Counted from the stretch's first letter, positions 10,471 to 21,684 are shown. The stretch is DNA of 34,269 nucleotides from Nemertoderma westbladi (GCA_032718475.1 JAUCBJ010004699.1:1-34269), one strand, 5' to 3'. The notes: a model not told the origin generated them from the letters alone. Numbers and translations: made by a program.

Positions 10471-11821
10471 CTTTCTTACTCCCCCGAGATGGCTTGTAAC
10501 CTGTCATCTCTCCCTAACCAATTGGCAATGTATGTTGCCCCATGCGTTGGTAGGTGACATAATATTGGTAATGTCGCGTAGCCAACTGTAATTGGTAAAT
10601 CATCACTTTGCCCATTTTCTGCTGGGTAGTGCAGCGAATTGGATCCGCTAACAAAAGCTTTGCAGCTTATTTCCATGGGGGTCATTTATGTTACTTGGTT
10701 ACAAATACAGTACAATATGAAAATGGGCAATTGGGGCTTTAACTTTTATTGTCTTTTTTTCATATCAATTTTTTCATTCAAGTTTTTTCTCTTATTTATT
10801 AATAGCATTTGTAAATTTAACTGATATTTCCATTTTCTTTAATTTGAGAATTGCTTTTTTTAGTTTTTCCACCACTAAAAATGTAATAGTAAAAAATATG
10901 AGCTGAGATATGTCAATTAAAAATAAAGCAATAGTATAGTAAGTACCTAGTGAGACCTACATAAACTTTAATCTATCTGGCATGTAGGTCTTGATATGCA
11001 CTATTTAAGCATCTTAATTTCTATGTTTTTAAAAGCGAAACGTATTCTTGGATGGCATCTAACGATGTTAACATCTCTATTGTCATAGTTAGTAACTTAT
11101 TGACCCTTTCTTTAGTATCATTCAATTGATCCTGTAACTTTGCAGGAGGTTTTGACTGGATTCTATGGGAAAAACGTTCTGTGGAAACTTTTGACATTGT
11201 AATTTGCTAATTTAAACAACATCAAAATTTGTTAAAGGGAAAAACTTTAATTACTTAAATACCTTGTTTACTAATATAGACTATGCCGAAAATCTATTAG
11301 GATTCAAGAGTTTACTATATCGCTGTATATGCAACAGCGCAAATATAAACGTGAAATAAACTTTACATAACAACTATATTAAATATACTGCGTAGACCAA
11401 AGATGTTGCTTATAAAATGCAAAAACAGCTATGATATAATACATTGAATCTACCTGAATAACTTAGAGATGTTACTTGTTGCTGTTATGCATATGTATGC
11501 TAATAATAAATCTATACTAAAATTGTACGTTGCATACTGTCACAACTGTATTATCCTTGTGCACCACCTAGTGGCCAGTATCTATCTAACAATTACAATA
11601 TACATTAGCCTTTATTTACTGGTAGATGGCTCAATCAATTGCATATTATATTTATTATTATAACATTGAACTTCAATTATAAAATACTGATAAGACAAAT
11701 GAAACTCAAAACCTTTTTCATTATTTATACTGTCTATCTTATTATACGAACCGCCCTTGCCCTCACCATCACATAATAGATCTCGCCAGACCTATACTTA
11801 ATTCTTAATTCTATATTCTTA

Positions 11822-13046
11822 AATATAACTGCCGACAATTTCTTCTCCAGTATCGCTCTTCTCAATGAGCTCCAAACTAATCGCCTAACTTATCTTGGGA
11901 CAATGTGGAAAAATAAACCTGAGCTCCCATCTGAGTTCGTTACTGCTAAAAGGCGTGTGGTTGAGTCAAGTTTATTTGGACATATAAACAAGACAACCAT
12001 TGTTTACCATGTTCCTAAAAAGGGCAAAACTGTCACACTTATATCGAATATGCACCACGACAATGAGGTTGAAACCACTGGTATTAAGAGACCAGCCATA
12101 GTACTCGATTATAACGCATCAAAGTGTGGGGTCGACACCATGGATAAGAGGGTGTCATTGAGTTCTGTCCGCCTCGCCACTAGGCGCTGGCCTACAAAGT
12201 TACTCTACACCATTATAGACGTTGCTGCCATTGCAGCATACGTTATATATAACTTGAAGTTCCCTTCAATTCGTGGGAAAGCTAAAACTCGACGTATGTT
12301 CCTATTGAATGTATCTCGTGAACTGATTAATGATTCAATCTCAGTAAGAAAGGTAATAGGCAATATCCCGTCTCCATCTGCTGCAATTATAAACATTGTA
12401 CAGGGAAATCCTTCCGCAGTTGAATCTGGACACCAGTGTCGATGTGAGCAACAAAAGTGCGGACTGAAAACAGCACTAGTTTGCTCCAGTTGCTCTAAAT
12501 ACTCCTGCAAGAACCACTCCAAGAAAACAAGAGTTGAATCAATCACCTGCAGTCTTGTGGTCCGCAGCAGTAATTACAGTATGAACATGTAATAATATAT
12601 ATGTATAATATATTATATTTTATAATATTATATAATAATGAAAATATATTATAATAATATAATATAATAATAATAAATAATATATTATATATATTAAATA
12701 TATTATTTATAATTTATTTTTTATTATATATTATTATATTATATTATTTATATTATATAATAATAATATAATATAGTAATATAATATGATATATTATAAT
12801 ATAATATATTTAATAAACTATAATGTATTAATAACTATAATTATAATAATTTTATCATTTATTTGTGCAATAATGATAATATAATGTTTCGTATTGTGCA
12901 GAACTAGACCTCAAGGCCTCGTTGGCGGCTCCTTAACCAACTTTTCATATTAATTCTAATTGAATATAGTAAAATGTATAGCTTGGTCATTTTCTGACCC
13001 ATCCGCTGTTAATGAATACGTGACCCATCCGCTCAGGCTGGGTTAA
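11822..13046 (+). mobile_element. 5'-truncated piggyBac (PGBD4-like): transposase C-terminal half plus right terminus
   Basis: Frame opens at 11822 with NITADNFFSS, then GTMWKNK, YNASKCGVDTMD, RRWP and a Cys-rich tail (stop at 12592). Subterminal direct repeats TGACCCATCCGCT (12995, 13021); terminus GGG+TTAA (13043-13046). Confidence 0.9.
12590..12885. repeat. AT-rich low-complexity tract
   Basis: Almost only A/T (TA and TAA motifs). Confidence 0.9.
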
Positions 13047-13730
13047 CCTTACTAAAATATGGTTATGGGGGTTTTCTAGGTCGGCGAACTCATTTCCGAT
13101 ATTAGTTTTTACGTTTAACATAATCTGAATATCTAAATAATAATCTAAATATGAGTGACTATTTATCTAGAAAACCGTTTTAATTTCAATCAAAATTGGT
13201 ACATCGTTAGATGACCAGAATATAATATCGCATGCATACTTTCATATTCAAATTTAAACTTTCAAATGAAAATATGAAGCGCCTGTCTTTATGTTGATCT
13301 TTTTGCAATGTTTTTGTTGGAAAATATGAAAACTGCAAAAAAAACTAAAAATTTCTAAATATGTACCAAATACACCAAACTGGTTCATTTTACTAAAATC
13401 CTCCAGACTTATAGTGAACTTCTTCAACCTTCTCATCTGACTTTTCTTCTTATTTGATGAACTACTTAGACTGCCTGACCTTCTTTTGGTATTTAAGATC
13501 TCTCCCCGTTTAGCCATCAGACCAGGATCCTCATTCAATCCCAGTTTCTTCAATATGAGTTGTTCTGCTGAGGCACCTCTGTTGTGAGAAATTACTGTGT
13601 ATGTAGTCAATGATAAACTTGAGTGTTTCTAGTGAGGTGAAGTTCGACTTAGAACACTTATTCCAAACTTTACTGTGAAGAGATTCATTTCGATTCTGAG
13701 TTTTCCCTGGTACAGCACGCATTTCTAACC
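13047..13730 (-). mobile_element. Kolobok-type ('Mutator-like' domain family) transposase C-terminal fragment plus downstream subterminal DNA
   Basis: GKTQNRNESLHSKVWNKCSK fits G.TQN.NES....W..CPK, followed after a frameshift by HNRG....ILKKLGL..PG. Confidence 0.7.
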
Positions 13731-13818
13731 CTATAATTCTACAAGTAGTATCATATTTCTGCATCTTTCTGCATTTCTTATATATCTTATACATTTCTGA
13801 TCAATTCTGCATTCTACA

Positions 13819-13917
13819 TAGTGTTAGACCGGAGCTCCAGCTCTGGTCTGGATCCGGCCCGGAAAATGGTGCTCCGGTTCCGGTCCGGCTCCGGCAAAAA
13901 TAAGACCGGAGCTCCAG
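13819..13917. mobile_element. GC-rich terminus of a hAT-like non-autonomous element
   Basis: Starts TAGTGTT; contains clustered CCGG motifs and a direct repeat AGACCGGAGCTCCAG at 13826 and 13903. Confidence 0.4.
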
Positions 13918-14361
13918 TATAAAACTGTAAAAGACAGACAGAGACACACAATGCACAATGTACAATGCACAATCAGTTGTCCACAGTCACAGTCATCTAG
14001 TCCATCATACACCATAGTACAGCTACACTGCCTATTGCTGTACTGGCCTACCAGGTGCCAGGCTGAGGCTACAAAGACAGGCCAGTCAGCAGTCAGTACA
14101 CTAGTACCTACAGTACTGCAGTACTATACTACCTACTCACTGTCAATGGCTAGCCTGTCTGCCTGTCACTAGTCTCGTACAGTAGTATTACTGTATTAGT
14201 ATACCTCTACATCCTGACATCTACAGATCTACTGGCAGATTGGCTGACTGGGTTGATCTTGATGCTATCAACCATTATTCTATTGCATCGTTGTTCTGTT
14301 CGATTTCTACATTCAATAATTTCTGCATTTTAGTTAATTTGTAATTCTTAATTCTTCAATT

Positions 14362-16140
14362 ATGTCAATAATGCCTATAAATCCCAGTAACTTTTACAAC
14401 AAACGTCGAAATGTTGTTCGAGTTACAACGATGGCGGAGGCTGTTGAGATTGTAGAGACAGATGACGTCGAAAAAATTGTTATTTTGCCACCCGAATCTG
14501 GTGACAAGGGAATTGATAGTGATATAGAAGTAGATGAAGACGCCAATGAGAAGACAATTGAAGTAGCTGGGGAATTGGAAGTAGAGATGGAAGACGATTT
14601 GGTCGATGCCGATTTTGACGAGGAAGAAGAGAAACAGCATTCAAAGAAATCGAGAAAACCAACATGGATAAAAGATGAAGCTAATCTTAAAACCATCCAT
14701 AAGGAATGTGCAGATAATCTTGCAGACAAGGAGCCACAACTGTTACTGAAGACACCTTATGAGTTGTTTTGTGAAATATTCGATGATGAACTAGTGGAAG
14801 AGATTCGGAGACAATCTTTGCTATATGCACATCGTGAAAAGAATTCACTGGATTATACAATTTCTAACAGAGAATTACGGCAGTTTATTGGAATTCTGCT
14901 TTTTTCTGGGTATCATTGGGTGCCATCAGAGAGTGATTATTGGTCGAATTCTCCAGATTTTCATGTTCAATTTGTGGCCCAAACCATGACGCGGAATCGT
15001 TTCCGTGCAATAAAGAAACATTTGCATTTGGCAGATAATAACCAGCTGGTTGAAGGTGACAAAGCTGCCAAAGTTAATCCCATTTACAAGCGTATAAATA
15101 AGAATTTGATAAAGTTTGGCATCTGTTGGGAGCAGTTGAGCATAGATGAATCCATGGTTCCTTACCGTGGACGCCACAGTGCTAGACAATACATCCGTGG
15201 AAAACCAATACGTTTTGGGTATAAGATTTGGATGCTGGCAGCACCCAATGGTTATCCATTGCATATGGAGATATACACTGGTAAAGACAGTAAACGTAAT
15301 AGGCCTCTTGGTGAGCATGTCACTAACACAATGCTATCTGTGGTTGAATCAGTTAGCAATCCTGCCAAGCATGAGGTGTTTTTTGACAACCTTTTCACTG
15401 GCTATGACCTGATGATGGATTTGGCTGATAAAGGGTGGCATGCTACTGGAACTGTACGTGAAAATCGAACCTGTGGGGGAAAGAATGTACTAACAGCTAC
15501 ATCACAATTCAAGAAGTTGGAGCGTGGCAAATATGAAGTGGCTAGCAATGGTTCACTGGCATTAGTGAAGTGGAATGACAATTCCACTGTACAAATGTTA
15601 TCTACCTGTCATGCAGTGACACCATTGCATTCTGCAAAGCGTCGTGTGAAAGGAGGGGTTATCAACGTTCCACAACTACATGCTGTTAGCATGTATAATC
15701 AGGGCATGGGTGGAGTTGATCTGATGGATCGTCTTCTTGGATCCTATCGCCCAACGATCACTGGCAAGAAGTGGTGGTGGCCCCTTTTCATAAATGCACT
15801 GAATGTGTCATTGGTAGCAGCATGGCGCATTCACACTACTATCCATGGTGGTAAGGATGCTGATAGTCATCTGTCCTTCCTATCTTCAGTAACTGTAACA
15901 CTTATGAGATATGATTCCAGCAAACGAATATCAACTAGTGGCGGCCATCACTATGATCTTCCGAATGATGTGCGATATGATGGTGTTGGCCATAATGCAA
16001 TCCCCACCACTCAAGGTCGATGTGTCTACTGCAAGAAGAATTGCAGGATAAAATGTGAGAAATGTGAAGTTCGTCTACACCATGATCGCAGTGCTGTTTG
16101 TTTTGAACTATATCATGACCTCAAGTATAAAGATCTCTAA
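14362..16140 (+). CDS. Intact piggyBac transposase (PGBD2/PGBD3-like), 592 aa
   Basis: Acidic N-terminus; MTRNRF; catalytic triad SIDESM, FFDNLF, GGVDLMD; KPIRFGYKIW; KKWWWP; C-terminal Cys/His domain CVYC...CEKCEVRLH...CFELYH. Confidence 0.96.
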   Translation: MSIMPINPSNFYNKRRNVVRVTTMAEAVEIVETDDVEKIVILPPESGDKGIDSDIEVDEDANEKTIEVAGELEVEMEDDLVDADFDEEEEKQHSKKSRKPTWIKDEANLKTIHKECADNLADKEPQLLLKTPYELFCEIFDDELVEEIRRQSLLYAHREKNSLDYTISNRELRQFIGILLFSGYHWVPSESDYWSNSPDFHVQFVAQTMTRNRFRAIKKHLHLADNNQLVEGDKAAKVNPIYKRINKNLIKFGICWEQLSIDESMVPYRGRHSARQYIRGKPIRFGYKIWMLAAPNGYPLHMEIYTGKDSKRNRPLGEHVTNTMLSVVESVSNPAKHEVFFDNLFTGYDLMMDLADKGWHATGTVRENRTCGGKNVLTATSQFKKLERGKYEVASNGSLALVKWNDNSTVQMLSTCHAVTPLHSAKRRVKGGVINVPQLHAVSMYNQGMGGVDLMDRLLGSYRPTITGKKWWWPLFINALNVSLVAAWRIHTTIHGGKDADSHLSFLSSVTVTLMRYDSSKRISTSGGHHYDLPNDVRYDGVGHNAIPTTQGRCVYCKKNCRIKCEKCEVRLHHDRSAVCFELYHDLKYKDL

Positions 16141-16402
16141 GCAAACTATTACTATTTTGTAATATATACAAGTATTTTTATTGTTTTTGTGTTATTTTTC
16201 AATTATACAGAGTACAGTACAGTTTATATTATATCCTCTGGTATTTTACATATTTCATACAATACATATGTCTGTACTTGTCATATACACAATCTAATGA
16301 TGATTTAATACGATCTAATAATGATGTAATGGTTTTTAATGCTTATAACTATGCTGTTTATTAAAAATGTTATAAATATTTACTTTGTCTGTTTAACAGC
16401 CA

Positions 16403-16422
16403 ATGTTCCCATATGGGAACAT
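16403..16422. repeat. Perfect 20-bp palindrome in the piggyBac right subterminal region
   Basis: ATGTTCCCAT-ATGGGAACAT. Confidence 0.85.
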
Positions 16423-16626
16423 ACACTCCCTGAGTCAAATAGTCTTGTTTAATTACAGAATATTAAAAACTTTCAAAAATGCACACATAAAACAACACCA
16501 ATCACCTATTTACATTGAACAAACAATTAAGATGGAGCGGGAAATTTAAAAAGTTTAAAGTTTAAGTATTTAACAGTCTGAACCCGCTACCTACCAACTA
16601 CACTGATACCTCCCCGGCCCCTCAAC

Positions 16627-19600
16627 CTACACTGACACCTCCAAGTCCGCATTAGCGAGGGTAATTGAAGTGTCGGCGACCTGGTGTACTGGCCGGTTGC
16701 GCGCCGAACGCGATCCACGGAGGCACATGAGGCTGGCCCGTAGGAGCGCGAAGCTAACCTGCCGCCTCACCCAGTTGCAGCACTCAGCGTACCGGATGTC
16801 GCGTTTCTCGGCCAGCCTCAAACTTAAGTGTTTGAAGAACTGCCTGGTAGTAGGCGACATCCCACCAAACGCGGAGAAAATCAGAGGAGTGAAGGTTGCG
16901 AGCTCCACCTCGCGAACCCGTTCCTCGTACTTGTTCCGCTTCCTCGTCTCGTGGAATGAGTGCGCACCCTCCAGCGACATTGCGGCATTGGTCACCGCTA
17001 GGGGGTTGAACACAGACACGTCTATGAAGGTCTTCTGGAACCGGTTACCCCAGAAGCCAGAAGCTGATACGTCCAGACGTGCCTGCTGGTCGATGGAAGT
17101 GGATCGGCGGTCGAATATCTCACCCGTAATTGGCTGAAGGTGCGGTTCCACGGTGACGTTGTGGGCAACCTCAGTCAGCGTATCGGCCACAAAATCCCTG
17201 ATCTCATTGTGACGGATTGATGGGAATCCACCTGTAGGACACGACAGAATATGTTGAACTGAAAATCGTGTCCCACAGGCACAACGAGCTGGAAGAGACT
17301 GGGGTTGCCAACCATACCGCAGACAGACAGCGTCGCGGAACTCCTCCTTATTGAGGTGGGTACTGTGGAGGGTTATCGGTCGCGAGTTGATCCACGTCGA
17401 CGCTCCCTTCTCGGACACTAACTCGTTCAACTTCCGCTGCGGGTCGCTGAGTTTGGCGCGGGTTTCCTCCACCTTCTCCTTCAACGTCGCGGTGGACCGA
17501 GACTTTATCCGGCTGGTGATGAGTTTCTGCGCCTCCCGCACCTCGGACATGTTGTCGCTGGCGTTGAATGGGTCGCAGATCTCCCTCGAGTTCTCGTACT
17601 GTGACTGCAAGTCGTCAGGCAGTGGGATACCGAGGCCCCCGAACCTAACCGGGAGCGAAAGTACCTCGCGTTCGACATCAGCCATTGAGGTGCGTTCCGG
17701 CAGAGTCTCGAGGAAATGTCGAACCGAAACTTCCAGCGGGTCGAAGTGATCCATCGCCCCAGGGACCACTCTGGCGATGTACCGCCATCGGCCAACTAGT
17801 CCGAACGCCAGACCAGCGTAGGCGCAGTGGGGGTCTGTGCGGGCAATCTCCTCGAGGCGCTGGACCTGTTGGACGAACTCCTCGACTCTGGCTTGGATAA
17901 ACTCCAGCCGGAATTCATCGTCCCCGATAACACCACCAAGGAGTTTGTTTCCCCGTGTGCTGAATGTAAAGCAATCCTCCGGGAATATCCGCTTCGCCTC
18001 GTCCAGCAGCCCCGGTTTAACCAGCAAGTGGCACTTCGTTGGGTGGTATCCATAGAGCGGACCGCGACACACTACGACATCCCACATCTTCCGCAGCTCC
18101 AACAACGTACCCGCGCCATTACCGTCATCAGCGTACCACTTCTGCACCACATCAGAAACGTCATCCACCTCGCCAACCAGGGGCAGCACACCCGCGGCGT
18201 ACATTGGCATCGCGACGGGGTCGCCCTGGGTCGATCCTTCCTCCGATAGGAGAAACTCTCCACCGATGAACAGCTTGGTCGGAGTGGAGTAACAATTGGT
18301 GACCACGGTATGTAGGGCCGGACAAATATGTTGGATATTGTGCACGGCTGCGGCGCGGTTGAGGGAATTGAATGCATTGTTCGCATCTATCTGGAGGATC
18401 GCCTCGCACTCATCCTCAGCGAAAGCGTCATTGAGTGCGTGGATCGCGTGTTCGATCCCTGCCTTCTGTCCTACACACAACTGCGCCGTCCCGCAAACAG
18501 CCTGGAGATCTGCCGAGATGCAGTGGATCGTCGCCTTCCCAATAACCCGTCGGAGCATTTCGCCGATTCCTATCGGTCGGACGCCCGGACATTTATCCAG
18601 TGCAATTAATCGCGCTGCCAATAGCGATGAGAGGCTACCTGGCGATACAATGGACTGCGCAATCTTCTTCGCTAAATTAGCAATGCTGTTGCACAGGTCC
18701 ACCGATGAGTTGCGGAACTTGGTGGCGAGGTGTTTCCACCCTTGGGCATCCAGCCCTGACGGTCCGGCCGCATTACCGCGTATTCGCAGTAAACAGTTGA
18801 GAACGAGTTGCGCATCTATACTCTCAAAGATGACACCGTGGAACTCAGGTGCTCCTGGAAATCGATCGAGTAGAATCGAGGGGTCGGCTGGCGATGCGGC
18901 CGGGTGCTTATCCAGCAATGCTTCCCGAACCGACTTGGTTACTCCGCGCTTATCCGTCACCATCTCATCTAAACTGAGAACACGACTTCTGGCGAGCTCG
19001 TTCAAACATCGCATTGCTGCCGCTACGTTTCCAGTAAGCATATGCTTACAAAACGCCTTCTCTGCCGACTCGTTCCGCTGTTTAAAGGCTCGCGATGTTG
19101 ACTTCGGTAGGTGGGCTTGGATCGCCCTCGCCTCAACCAGTAATTCGTCGAACCGGGCCAACTTCCAGGATGTTAAACGCCGTTCCAGAACCTTCCTATG
19201 TGTGGCAGCGTTTGAAGAACGGCTCGGCTTCTGCAGTAACAACGCGGGGAGAATCATTAACGCTGTAATTGCAACTTCCTCCATTAATGAACCCGAAATA
19301 AACAAGTTCATGAGGCGGGACATCTCATCCACTAACTGGCGCCCGATTGCACCGGGTGGGAGCAGGAACAGGTTGGGGCGCCAGTGAACTATTACGTCAT
19401 ACACTTTATTAATCTTGTTAGATAATTCCAAAACAGGAACAATGTTTGCAAACCATTTGACTGACGTAGTAGCTGCGGTTGATTGAGCCAACGTGGCATT
19501 CGGGGTTCCAGTCAGTGTAGTTCCACCACCAGACACTGTGGGTGCCCGGGGGACAATACCAGGCTGCGCGGGGGCCCGAGGGACAACACCATATACCGCG

Positions 19601-21585
19601 GGGATCTGAGGGACAACACCAGACTCTGTGGTGACGTCCTGGGTCGAGGGGACAGATACACCATCATCCGGGACTGGTATGGGACCGTCACCTGGACTGG
19701 TAGGGACGGAATAACCGACACCCGGACTGGTAGGGGCAGACTGACCGACATACTGACTTATACCCGGACTGGTTGGGACTGAATAACCGACACCCGGACT
19801 GGTAGGGGCAGAAAGACCAACACCCTGACTGATAGGGACAGACTGACCGACACCTGGGCTGGTTGGGACGGAATAACCGACACCCGGACTGGTAGGGCCA
19901 GAATAACCGACACCCGGACTGGTTTGGGCAGAATGACCGACACCCGGACTGGTAGGGACGGGATAATCGACACCCGGACTGGTAGGGACGGGATAATCGA
20001 CACCCGGACTGGTCGGGGCAGACTGACCGACATACTGACTTATACCCGGACTGGTTGGGACGGAATAACCGACACCCGGACTGGTAGGGCCAGAATAACC
20101 GACACCCGGACTGGTTTGGGCAGAATGACCGACACCCGGACTGGTAGGGACGGGATAATCGACACCCGGACTGGTTGGGACAGAATAACCGACACCCGGA
20201 CTGGTAGGGACGGAATGACCGACACCCGGACTGATGGGGACCAACTGACCAACACCTGGACTGGTTGGGACGGAATAACCGACACCTGGACTGGTAGGGG
20301 CAGAATGACCGACACCCGGACTGGCAGGGGCAGACTGACCGACATACTGACTTATACCCGGACTGGTTGGGACTGAATAACCGACACCCGGACTGGTAGG
20401 GGCAGAAAGACCAACACCCTGACTGATAGGGACAGACTGACCGACACCTGGGCTGGTTGGGACGGAATAACCGACACCCGGACTGGTAGGGCCAGAATAA
20501 CCGACACCCGGACTGGTTTGGGCAGAATAACCGACACCCAGACTGGTAGGGACGGGATAATCGACACCCGGACTGGTTGGGACAGAATAACCGACACCCG
20601 GACTGGTTTGGGCAGAATAACCGACACCCGGACTGATGGGGACCAACTGACCAACACCTGGACTGGTTGGGACGGAATAACCGACACCTGGACTGGTAGG
20701 GGCAGAATGACCGACACCCGGACTGGTAGGGACAGAATGACCGACACCCGGACTGATGGGGACCAACTGACCAACACCTGGACTGGTTGGGACGGAATAA
20801 CCGACACCTGGACTGGTAGGGGCAGAATGACCGACACCCGGACTGGTAGGGACAGAATGACCGACACCCGGACTGATGGGGACCAACTGACCAACACCTG
20901 GACTGGTTGGGACGGAATAACCGACACCTGGACTGGTAGGGGCAGAATGACCGACACCCAGACTGGTAGGGACAGAATGACCGACACCCGGACTGGCAGG
21001 GGCAGAATGACCGACACCCGGACTGGTAGGGGCAGAATGACCGACTCCTGGACTGGTAGGGGCAGAATGACCGACACCCGGACTGGTAGGGATGGGATAA
21101 TCGACATCCGTACTGGTTGGGACGGAATAACCGACACCTGGAACTGGGGGACCCGACTGGTAAGTCACCGACACTGGGGGACCCGATGAGGGGGCCGGGG
21201 ATCCAGCGCCAATTTGCGGGGTCAATGTGCAGTCCGGATCGAATTCTCCTGGGGTTAGAGTCTGGTCCATCAGGTCGTCGAGCTCCTCCAGGGTTGAGTT
21301 TATAACTTCCGGGGTTACATAGCCGTTATGCGCAAGGTCCGCTGTGGCTTGACGCGTTTTCCATCTGGGCGAGTTGGATACCAGATAGTCGAGAACCCCG
21401 TGGCCCGCGGAACCGCTGTACCTCGGGGGCATCGCGAGACTGTCTGGATCGTGTGAGCTCGGCCCGTTCGCGCACGAGTTCTGCTCCAGAGGTTTGCAGG
21501 AGGAGCAGGGAACTCCCGCACAAGCACACTTGCACCCTCGGCAAGAGCCGCTGCGACACTTGCAGCAGCGCTGGGATGGCGCCAT
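16627..21585 (-). CDS. CRE-clade polyprotein (Cys cluster, S/T-P repeat, RT, CCHC, restriction-like endonuclease), 1652 aa, uninterrupted
   Basis: RLIALDKCPGVRPIGIGEMLRR; QIDANNAFNSLNR; SEEGSTQGDP; WYADD (18124-18138); LPVRFGGLGI; CACGTRFSVQHILSC; RHNEIRD; ARLDV...FIDV...ETRKRNKY; FTPLIFSAFGG. Confidence 0.96.
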   Translation of the reverse strand: MAPSQRCCKCRSGSCRGCKCACAGVPCSSCKPLEQNSCANGPSSHDPDSLAMPPRYSGSAGHGVLDYLVSNSPRWKTRQATADLAHNGYVTPEVINSTLEELDDLMDQTLTPGEFDPDCTLTPQIGAGSPAPSSGPPVSVTYQSGPPVPGVGYSVPTSTDVDYPIPTSPGVGHSAPTSPGVGHSAPTSPGVGHSAPASPGVGHSVPTSLGVGHSAPTSPGVGYSVPTSPGVGQLVPISPGVGHSVPTSPGVGHSAPTSPGVGYSVPTSPGVGQLVPISPGVGHSVPTSPGVGHSAPTSPGVGYSVPTSPGVGQLVPISPGVGYSAQTSPGVGYSVPTSPGVDYPVPTSLGVGYSAQTSPGVGYSGPTSPGVGYSVPTSPGVGQSVPISQGVGLSAPTSPGVGYSVPTSPGISQYVGQSAPASPGVGHSAPTSPGVGYSVPTSPGVGQLVPISPGVGHSVPTSPGVGYSVPTSPGVDYPVPTSPGVGHSAQTSPGVGYSGPTSPGVGYSVPTSPGISQYVGQSAPTSPGVDYPVPTSPGVDYPVPTSPGVGHSAQTSPGVGYSGPTSPGVGYSVPTSPGVGQSVPISQGVGLSAPTSPGVGYSVPTSPGISQYVGQSAPTSPGVGYSVPTSPGDGPIPVPDDGVSVPSTQDVTTESGVVPQIPAVYGVVPRAPAQPGIVPRAPTVSGGGTTLTGTPNATLAQSTAATTSVKWFANIVPVLELSNKINKVYDVIVHWRPNLFLLPPGAIGRQLVDEMSRLMNLFISGSLMEEVAITALMILPALLLQKPSRSSNAATHRKVLERRLTSWKLARFDELLVEARAIQAHLPKSTSRAFKQRNESAEKAFCKHMLTGNVAAAMRCLNELARSRVLSLDEMVTDKRGVTKSVREALLDKHPAASPADPSILLDRFPGAPEFHGVIFESIDAQLVLNCLLRIRGNAAGPSGLDAQGWKHLATKFRNSSVDLCNSIANLAKKIAQSIVSPGSLSSLLAARLIALDKCPGVRPIGIGEMLRRVIGKATIHCISADLQAVCGTAQLCVGQKAGIEHAIHALNDAFAEDECEAILQIDANNAFNSLNRAAAVHNIQHICPALHTVVTNCYSTPTKLFIGGEFLLSEEGSTQGDPVAMPMYAAGVLPLVGEVDDVSDVVQKWYADDGNGAGTLLELRKMWDVVVCRGPLYGYHPTKCHLLVKPGLLDEAKRIFPEDCFTFSTRGNKLLGGVIGDDEFRLEFIQARVEEFVQQVQRLEEIARTDPHCAYAGLAFGLVGRWRYIARVVPGAMDHFDPLEVSVRHFLETLPERTSMADVEREVLSLPVRFGGLGIPLPDDLQSQYENSREICDPFNASDNMSEVREAQKLITSRIKSRSTATLKEKVEETRAKLSDPQRKLNELVSEKGASTWINSRPITLHSTHLNKEEFRDAVCLRYGWQPQSLPARCACGTRFSVQHILSCPTGGFPSIRHNEIRDFVADTLTEVAHNVTVEPHLQPITGEIFDRRSTSIDQQARLDVSASGFWGNRFQKTFIDVSVFNPLAVTNAAMSLEGAHSFHETRKRNKYEERVREVELATFTPLIFSAFGGMSPTTRQFFKHLSLRLAEKRDIRYAECCNWVRRQVSFALLRASLMCLRGSRSARNRPVHQVADTSITLANADLEVSV
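19690..21141 (-). repeat. 30-bp coding minisatellite (TSPGVGYSVP), about 47 units including three 42-bp variants
   Basis: Counted from the translation; every unit preserves the reading frame. Confidence 0.95.
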
Positions 21586-21664
21586 GTAGGGGAATCCGCT
21601 CGAAAATCCGGCGATAGATCGTTCACGTTGCGATGTAGCAGCCTATCAGTATGTTGCACCGTGG

Positions 21665-21684
21665 TGACGTCAGCCGTGACGTCA
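21665..21684. promoter_or_regulatory. Two tandem TGACGTCA (CREB/ATF consensus) palindromes at the retrotransposon 5' end
   Basis: TGACGTCA at 21665-21672 and 21677-21684; function inferred only. Confidence 0.45.

Noticed and set aside
11021-11197. Minus-strand 58-aa helical ORF (MSKVSTERF...)
   Set aside because: Short, with no recognisable motif or supporting context.
19690-21141. Host mucin or RPB1 gene
   Set aside because: In frame with RT-RLE; no signal peptide and no polymerase domains.
19483-21189. Alternative-frame repeat ORFs (PVRVSVIL..., TDTRTGR...)
   Set aside because: Shadows of the stop-poor 30-bp repeat; only the CRE frame is continuous with RT.
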